A stretch of DNA of 64,000 nt, taken from positions 8,370,001-8,434,000 of the forward strand of contig CM022674.1 of the NCBI GenBank assembly GCA_012295275.1, in the 5' to 3' direction. The stretch comes from Chrysomallon squamiferum. Its lineage: Eukaryota > Animalia > Mollusca. Below the pieces are notes generated by a model. The model saw only the letters and a program-made list of their open reading frames with translations, was not told the DNA's origin and made no database searches. The position numbers and the translations under genes were made by a program. Below, piece after piece: positions 52,677 through 64,000 of this stretch. Position 1 is the first letter of the stretch. Each line of letters begins with the position of its first letter.

Positions 52677-54790
52677 TCATCTAATCATTGTCAGTATAGG
52701 TTTATCTAATAAATATATATTTTGTATAATTATTTTATTAATTTAATTTTAATTTCTTTTTTTTAATGAGATATTTGGTCTGAAATCACTTTAGTTATAT
52801 TACATAATTTATTTATTATCTTTATTATTACTTTTTTATTAATATATTTCATTACAATTTTTTATTTAATTATGAATGAGTTTATGAATGATAATATAGA
52901 AAATAGGTATATAAAATATATAACAATAAAAAATTAGCTGGAGAAATCCATTTTGATTTCATCAATATCACAAGAGATTATAAATTTGTATTATAAGTAA
53001 TGATTTACACAAAATGATCTTGTTGTAATTGTCACAAAACAGAATATATTTTTTTTACATTATCCAATAAAGGGATGTTTTAAATTTTTTTTACAAACAA
53101 AAGATATTTATCAATAAGATTTATAAAAGGAAATTAAATTATAAGTTCAAATTTTACAACAGTGAGAGGTTCTAGTATTATCAATAGTGAGAATATCTAA
53201 GTGTTCATTGTTACAGTTACTAATAAATATTACTGTTCAGATTATATCTTGAGAAAATTGTTCTTCAAATATACAAAAATCAGTGAATAAGAAATATTTT
53301 AAATTTTTTTTGTTATATAATTTTAATAACTGTTGAAATTGTCCTGTTGTTGTTTTTTATTGCACCACTCTGTGTTGTGGTTGTTGTTAAATTTGTATTA
53401 TATGTGTGTAGTCATATTTTTAAGTATGCTAATTAAATAGAATAACTATGTATGGTAATTTATTCATTCTAATGTATATTTGTAATTTGTAAAGTACAGC
53501 TTTAACCAAAACTCTGAAGACAGTTTAGTTTATCATCATTATTTTGAATATCTTAGAATGTTTTATAAATATTTTATGGGGGGGGGAATATCATGAAGGA
53601 TTATCACAATTTAGAAAATGTTTCTTTTGTTTATTTGTTTGGGTTTTTCAATAAAATTATTATAACACATATTTATTATTATAACTAGAAATTTGATTTA
53701 AAAAATATGTTAATTTACAACATAGAGAAATAATTTGTAGTATCTCAGTAGTGTTTGAAACACCTTGAATGTATATGTAACTGGTTGAAATATATTTAAT
53801 TAAAATATATCAAAAAAGAAATACAAAATATTTTGTCGGTGCAAGGATCATTTGAGATTATCAGAAAAGATGCAGTTATTCTGATATGCAACTTTTAGAA
53901 TGAAATTAGTTTTGTAATAAAAATAAAAATATCAGAAATGGAGATGACAGTGACTGCATGCCCTTTGTACATACTGCAGTGATTAGAAAACTTCAGAATC
54001 AGAATTTATTAAAGATGATTTGTGATGTATACAATTGCTGACTACTGCTGGTACCATAAACAGATGTTGTTTACATAAACAGTGTTGCCACTCAATTACA
54101 AATATGTTTATTACTTAAAGCATTTTTTTTTTTCTTTAATGACATTGTTCTTTGTCTTTGCTTAATAAATTAACTATTTCTGTATTTTAGATATTATTTT
54201 CTGTTGATGTGGTTTGCATGAGTATATCTGTGAGAGAGAGTGTGTCCATTTCCTTTTGTTTAGCTCCCACAAAATAATAATAATTAAGAAATATTACCTT
54301 TAAAAACTAAGGACCAGTAATTTTTAATCTGATATAGAAATTTCACTTATTTCTTTTGAAAAATTAATAAGAATTAATAGATAATTAAACTGGGACCAAA
54401 TGAATTGTTTTATAAACATTATTTGTGTTTTACATAATAGTGGCAGTATTCATTTCATTATCAGAATCATAATTTATCAAGATTATTTCTTTTTCAACAA
54501 CCTTAGTATTCTTCTTGTTTTTTTACCTCTAATCGATTCAGATCTGTGGAACATTTTACATTACTGATTTTTCAAGTCCGATTTCTAAGCTATTATTTTT
54601 ATAAATTAATATGTAGAAAAGCACACTAGTTTGTGCATGAATAACTTTTAGCAACTAAAATAAAAATACATGAATATTCATAGATGTATTAATGCTTGTG
54701 TCTTAAAACTAAAAGTAGTGTTCGCATGTATATGATAATTATCGTAGTTGAAAAGCATGCAACATAAAAAAAAAAAAAAAAAAAAAAATC

Positions 54791-54823
<33 letters not shown>

Positions 54824-54969
54824 TCAGCTACACAAAATCACGTTTTATTAAAATGATTGTTATTCATTGATGTGATCGAGATAACACGGTAGTTTGTAAA
54901 AACAATACCTTGGAAACCATGCAGCCATTAATCCATGGTCTATGGGGAGATAACTCCAAAATAGACAAC

Positions 54970-57097
<2,128 letters not shown>

Positions 57098-57112
<15 letters not shown>

Positions 57113-57390
57113 AAATCTGTAATCTAAACAAAGACAATTTGAAATGAAAACCTCAGTTTTCATACAAGTCAGTATTCTTAAAAATCTGTATTCTGGAAAG
57201 GCGAGTCATTATTCCTAGAAACCATTATTCAGACCAGTCATAGTTTAAAATCAGTTGTCACATTCAAATCAGCATTTTTAGAAATTTGTTATTCTTGAAG
57301 GCCTGTTTCAGGTTAGACATGATTCCAACTGGTAAAGTTTGAAAGTGACATCAGTTTTCAAACCACTCATTATTCCTGGAGACTTGTGAT
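57098..57390 (+). repeat. Degenerate short repeats overlapping the ICMT stop codon and proximal 3' UTR
   Basis: Recurring units like agtcagaattcctagaaatctgt, agtcagtattcttaaaaatctgt, agtcattattcctagaaacc, aatcagcatttttagaaatttgt and actcattattcctggagacttgt. Confidence 0.6.
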
Positions 57391-58129
57391 TTTTTAACAT
57401 TCTAAAATCAGTCTTCCTGTTATTCAGGGTTAATTTTTTTTTCACTTTTGTTAAAATCTGGACGACAGTCTTTGCTCAATACTTTGCTTGAGTTTTGTGT
57501 GAAATGTTGAAAATAATTAATACTAAATAATGAATGTTTATCAAATTCTCATAATTTGTAATATTAACAGATATCAGTTGTCAGATATTTTGTTTCATAA
57601 TTACTGTGATATGAGATAAAAATCACACCACACATATTCATATATCTATATATACATATTTATATATATAAACACACAAACACACACACACACACACACA
57701 CACATATGTACATGAAGGAAAAGAAAATATAAATTGCCTTTAATGATAGTGATTTTATCTATAGTTGTATCGTATCAGAATTTCTTGTATGTAATCAAAA
57801 ATTTTCATCAGACCGCTCAGTGGTTGGATATCATCTGTATATTTGAAATTTCAGTAGTGTATTCAGTAATATATATTTAAAGTTTGGATACTTAACTTTA
57901 TTGTATTTCATTAAAAAATCGATGACAAACCAGCATCAAATAAAACAGCCTGCATGTCAGTGCTATTATTTGTAGTCAGATAATCTCTGGGAGTTACCTC
58001 CCTGAACAGTGGAGAAATAGAAATAAAAACAGATTCAGTGATCAACATATTCAGGTGATATTGTCCAATTGTCAAAAAGCATAATATTTTATGTTCTTTG
58101 TCACTGATATACTGACATTTGTAAGGCAC

Positions 58130-58160
<31 letters not shown>

Positions 58161-59461
58161 ATATTTCAAAACGTACTTTTCATTTTTTGTCCTATGGAAA
58201 CCCTATTGCATGTAAAGTTTTCAAAAGTTTGAATGATTCTTCTAAACAGTTCAGATTATGTTTTATGCACAGATTAACAATCACATGAACTGTTTAGGCG
58301 TATATTAATAAATGGCCAAATTAAGCCATATGTTAGTAGTTATTTTAATATTAAAAACAATATCCTAACTGATGAATAATATAGTTATTTTCCATTTAAT
58401 TGCTCTGAATACTTGTCATTTGTAAAGTGAATCAAATAATTAATTAAAATTAAAAATAAAATTTTGTAAATATAAACTCAAAAATATATAAATACAAAAT
58501 GAACAATATGTCCGACTGAACATAAATGATTCAGAAATAAAGATCATTGCAAAATCATATAAAAATAAATTAAATCAAATACTGAATTTGTCTTAATAAC
58601 ATTATAAAGTTAGTTTAACAAATTTTAAAATAACAACAACATAAACATAAGACATTTACCTCCTGATACTAAAATATTTTATCAGTGATTTTTCGGTCTT
58701 AAAATAAACAAGTAAAAAGCTTAGAAAGAAATTTAGATTAGATACGTCAGAAATTCATTGTGAATTTTGGAATATAAAACTAAAGTTTCATTTTAATCAT
58801 TGAGTTTTAGTCAGTGATAATTATCTCTGCATCACAATGAAAAAATGTATTTAAATTAATAACAGTAATCAAAAACTGATTAAAAATTGTATGAGATAAT
58901 CTTTGAAAGTCTATATAAATTAAATAAAACATCTTACATCATTTTGATTTTATAAAATACAGACATATTGCTGTTGGAATTATTTCACAGGTTAAAATTA
59001 TTATAAAATTATATAAAATAATAGGTATATAATTACAAAAACAGAATTACAGATGATATATTCTCATGAAAGTAATTTTAAACAACAATGGTGAATAACA
59101 TGTTTTGGCTAATATGTCAGACTGTTACTTTTTATTTATTTATTTATTTATGTATCACAGCTATAGTAGCTTTGGTTTAAAATTAAACACATATCAAAAT
59201 ATTTGTAGCAGATACAAAACAAAAATAATTTTCAATTTTATAAATCAACAAAAAACCCTGAAAAGTCACTAGTAAAAATCTTATGAAAAAATGCACATCA
59301 AACACTTCTTTTTACAATGAATCACACTGTATTCAAAAAGAATTTCTGTTATTTAAAGAAAAAGAAATCCCACACAACAGTCAAACTAGAGATTACAAAT
59401 GGAATGTTAAAATAAGCAATGTGCATAAATCTTTTTTTTTTCTTTTTTTTTTTTTATCATT

Positions 59462-62400
59462 TCAATGATGATGATGCTGGTCATTTTGTTCCTGTTCAAA
59501 AAACATAAAATCCTGAAAGAAAAGAAACAATAATTATACTGCAGCCTTTATGTAAATAGAGTAGTTTCCCTTTACTATACCTAAAGTGATTTGGCATTTT
59601 GACATCAGTTAACAAAAAGAAATATTATACTCCAAAATTTTCTGTACACATTATTTTAACTTAAATTTAAAAAAAAAATTATAAATTATCAGAAACAGTC
59701 AGATCATATCTAACATTTGTGAAAAAAAAAAAAAAAAAAAAAAAAAAAATAAAAACAATCACGTATAAAAATACAAGGAATGAAAGAATTTAATAAATAA
59801 GAAAAAAAAATTATCTCTTATTTCATAGATAAACTCATAATAACATTACACTTTAAAGACATTTTTTTTAAAATGTGTATTTATTATTACCTACCATTGT
59901 GTAGTATTTTATGAGTTTTTGTCACTAATAATCTGATTTCAAATTATTTTCTGTATTCTGTTAATTTACAAGAATATGAAACAGTGTTAAGTGATTAATA
60001 AGACTTATCTGTTCAGACTTACAATAAGGAACACTGCTGCCAGAAGTACTGCCTTCATCTTTACATCCAGATCAACAGGAACTGAAAACAAATTAAACAT
60101 ACCTTTTAATTACCTACAAGTAAAAACTAACTGTTTTATAATCATTTACAGGTAAAACCTAATTAATATTCTTCATAATTATCTACATAATTAAATATAC
60201 TTTTTAATTATCTACCAGTAAAAATATAATTAAATATTTTTCATAATTATCTACACGTAAAAATTTAATTAAATATTCTTTATAATCATCTACATGTAAA
60301 AACTAATTAGATATACATTTTTATAAGTTATCTTCAAAAATATTAAACAAATTAAAAATTAAACATTTTATCTCAAGGAAGTAAAAATATAGTTTAAAGT
60401 TGCAATATCTCATCCAAGAATTCAATATAAAAAATGTTTAAGGAACATTTAAAAGTTATGAATTTTCATGTGATCAAAGGAAATTAACAACTAATTCATA
60501 TTTTCTGTGTGTGTGTGTGTGTGAAAATATAAAAATCAGTGACTTCTGTTACATTGGTAATTGTGATAGTAGTAGTATAATACTTACATGTAACTCCAAA
60601 GTTATCAGCATCTGTAAACATCTCTTTCATCAGCCCTGACCACTGTTTACTTATCTTTCCAACCTCAGCACTCTCATCTCTTGACAAAACCTAAACACAG
60701 AGAACTAATATTTAAAAACATTATCTACAAAACACTAATGTTCCTGTAATATTCACTGCACAATATATAACAAAAAATATCACAAGCATAAACCAAAATA
60801 TGTTTATAATTCATATAAAGAATTAATATTTATATACAAAGAATCAATATTTATAAATAACCCATAAAGGGAGATAATCAAGAAATCCTAATTTCAAATT
60901 CTCTATTGTTTTTCCAACACTGTTAAGAAAAAATAAATAAAATATCATGGCAAAAATCTTTTAATTATTCTCTTTTTGAACTAAGAACTACTGGAGAAAA
61001 CACTTACATTGAATTCCTGGTCCCAGGTGCAACATGGTCCCTGACAAATACAACATGGCCCATGAATCTGGAGAATCATTTCCATGTCCATGTCAAAAAT
61101 TCCATACCTGGGAGCCCAGCAGCTGCCCCTGATTACAGAAACACAGTTTAGAAATATTCTTATAACTCTTTTGATTCAGCTGCATGCGTTTAAAAATGAT
61201 AATAATAATAATAATTTGAATGTTTATGTATCACCTCTATGGTTCAGCTGCTGATGATTTATGTAAGCATTATTTAGAAATAATCTTAATTTTTATGTCA
61301 GCTTTTGTTCCAACTGACGTCATTTATGTGAACAAATATTTATTTTTAAAATATATTTTTCCCATTTGTTTCATTTGCCTCTAATTTACATAGTTATAAT
61401 TTATAAATATTCTTAATAATTTTTATCTCCTCTCTTGCTTCAGCATATTTTTACTAAAAGGTATTTTAATAATTAAATTCAAAAGTTATTTATTAGTAAA
61501 TAAATATCTGTGTGTAAATCAGACTAAAGGATATCATACTGAACTTGCAGGTTATTTTTAATTCAGTAGAGTACTATGATTCTCCATTTGCATTCCCAGG
61601 TATCAAATAAATAAAATACCTGGTTAAACAGTGAGTAAATCTAGAGAACTTACATCTGTCTAACATATCCCACAGGGCTTCCTACAGGAGCCTCCACAGT
61701 GAGGAAATGTGCACAGCAATCAATAGTAGCACACCATGGACAACCTGCACAGTACTTGAAGTCTCTCTGTATCCTTATCACCTCCTTAAACATTATCAAT
61801 AAATAGATAATATTCTCTAAAAAACAACAACACTGCTTGGAGCATCTCTGAATGCTTATCCCTGCCTTAACATTAGTAAATCAATATTATCTTAAAATAA
61901 ACAACCAACATGGAACAGGAAGTTTCTCTGTATTTTCTGAAATCTACATTAGTAAAATAAGGTATTTATTAGCAAAATATTCAAAGTTAAACTTCAATTA
62001 AGTCAGTAAAACAAGGATAATAGTGTTTGTATGTGTGGCTGAGTGTGTGTCGTGAGACTATAATAACATAAAATAATAATGGTAACAATGAAGACAATGA
62101 TAAAGATGATAGATTACCTGATTCAGATTGTCAGTAATGTGCATTATAAATCCTCTCTGAGCTCCGCAGCACTGCCGAGAACACAGATCAGATTCTGTAA
62201 AGATGAGCATCTTGAAATATCTTACCACAAACATTTTCAGTTGCAAAGGGAGCTACAGCAGTGAGACGTAGCGACAGAGGGAGAGAGAATGAGTTTGAAT
62301 GACTGAATTAACAAAAGGGTTTGGCAGGCAAGCTTTTGGTGACTGCAGTTTCACTCATGTGATTTGACAAAAGCAGCACAGCTTTGTGAAGTGCAGAAAA

Positions 62401-63971
62401 TGGGCAACTTTGCCATTTTTTAACAGTGGTCAAACAACAATAAAATTATTTGTTTTGGAGAAAAACATTCAAAATCAATATGACTGTCTACTTCAGCAGT
62501 GGAATAGTAACAGAGCACTGTCCACTGACCTAATGGACAAACTGGTTGAAAAATAATTGGAAAAGTGACTGTATTTCATACATGACTGCTAATGACAGGT
62601 ACTACTGTGTTTGTGTGGGTTTGTGTATGAGTGTGTGTGTGTATCCACATATACATGATTGCATGTCTTTTTATATGCACATGAACACACATATACACAT
62701 GTAAATAAATAAAGACATATACAACACAAAATGATATAACAGACATATCTTTAAATGGTAAACAGAGAAGCCAAATGAACTAAAAACATTTTACTAACCT
62801 TCAGATGCGAAGTAAACCTGTTGGCCCAGGTTGTTAAGTATCTTGTACTTGTTGGCAGTTTCCCATCCAGTAATCACTGATTTCAATTAAATAATGATGA
62901 AAAAATAAACACTCAAAGTAAATTAAAAACAGAAAAATTATACAGACAATTTTATTTGATTTGTATATATATATATATATATCAGATATTTTAGTAAGTG
63001 TTACAAGCTGTTCTCTTCCTCTAGTTAATAAAATAAACTTACTTTCAAAAATCTCTGTCTGTTGTTTCACCAGGAGCTGGTCTACCTGTGTGAGGTACTC
63101 CAGACCAGGTGGACAACCAGGAATTGTTTGAGGACGAGCCATCCATTGATTCTGTATTGGCTGCCCAGGAACTCCTGCAAAAAAGAGCTACATTTATCAT
63201 CACAGAACAAAGATAAGTACAAAAAATCTTTTTTTAAATCTCTTCAACATGCAACCACATCATTTATGTTTACAAAAACATTGTCATTATAATAATTGCC
63301 TAAAAGAACAAAATTTAATTTCTTCCATCTTTCAGTCTCCATCAGCCATGATGTACATCTGAAATAATTGCCAACTGAAGGAAATTTCACTTTTTTTTTT
63401 CCAAAAACCCAACAATGTTATCAGCAATACTTCAAACAATGATCAAACAGTACTAGTAGCTTTTGTCAGTAACTGCATGACAAAACTGATTTTGAATATA
63501 TCATGAATGATGTTTTCTTTTTAAAATAAACTGTCATCATCTTTCAACATCATCATAAATCTACTGATATAATGGCATAACTAATGTAAAATTGTATCAA
63601 AACTAGCATGTATTACATCAATTAATCTTAAGTTTGGGAGTTTTTATGATTTTTAAATTTATTGTTTGTTGTTCTGCAAAGTCAATACCCAACCACATTC
63701 TGTACCATCTTAATTTACATTTCAACACAAATATATGTATTACCTGGAGGCACTGGACCTTGAGAATACTGCTGGTTTTGAAACTGACCTGGTGGAGCTC
63801 CATACTGACCTGGAGGAGCTCCATACTGACCTGGAGGAGCAGCTCCGTACTGACCTGGAGGAGCTCCATATTGTCCTGGAGGAGCTCCATATTGTCCTGG
63901 AGGAGCTCCATACTGACCTGGAGGAGCTCCATATTGTCCTGGAGGAGCTCCATACTGACCTGGAGGAGCAG
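59462..63971 (-). CDS. Phospholipid scramblase family protein, 5' end outside the window; exons 63971-63744, 63174-63043, 62876-62799, 62194-62118, 61784-61654, 61128-61008, 60690-60588, 60081-60023, 59512-59462
   Basis: [115 protein letters not shown] family; paralog not assignable. Confidence 0.95.
60110..60325. repeat. Degenerate AT-rich minisatellite (~35-40 bp unit) in a scramblase intron
   Basis: Recurring ataattatctaca..gtaaaaa...aattaaatatt units. Confidence 0.6.
63785..63971 (-). repeat. Coding 21-bp tandem repeat encoding (APPGQYG)n, nine PPGQ units
   Basis: Units gctcctccagg(t/a)ca(g/a)ta(t/c)gga on the minus strand. Variation is mostly at synonymous positions of this frame. Confidence 0.92.
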
Positions 63972-64000
63972 CTTGAGGAATTGTAGAAAAGATACAGGGT

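Noticed and set aside
63785-63971. CRISPR-like regular repeats
   Set aside because: Head-to-tail coding repeat with no unique spacers, in a eukaryotic gene.
63735-63986. Plus-strand (LEELHTD)n coiled-coil-like ORF and minus-strand (MELLQVS)n ORF
   Set aside because: Shadow frames of the 21-bp APPGQYG repeat. Synonymous variation and splice phase support the scramblase frame.

Overview
AT-rich, microsatellite-rich, intron-containing animal DNA. Protein and transposon types suggest a lophotrochozoan, probably a mollusc, but the species cannot be fixed from sequence alone. I spliced six protein genes by hand with GT-AG junctions in consistent phase: PXYLP1 (+, 8814-11437), a 19-exon TMC channel (-, 14327-24664), TARDBP/TDP-43 (+, 28271-30937), LPCAT3/MBOAT5 (+, 41709-50819), ICMT (+, 54970-57112) and a 5'-incomplete phospholipid scramblase (-, 59462-63971). 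Features missing from the ORF track are a decayed SID-1-like pseudogene (952-3547), a young non-autonomous Sola2-type transposon with ~630 bp TIRs (5223-8071), a short retroposon with a 12-bp TSD, and a transposase relic. The most notable unexplained signals are: (1) a near-perfect inverted copy of LPCAT3 exon 6 with its splice sites, lying in intron 4, which could fold the pre-mRNA; (2) a ~2.3 kb helix-rich non-coding region between TARDBP and LPCAT3; (3) two alternative LPCAT3 C-termini that both end in dilysine ER-retrieval motifs. All assignments are by eye and from remembered family motifs; no searches were run.
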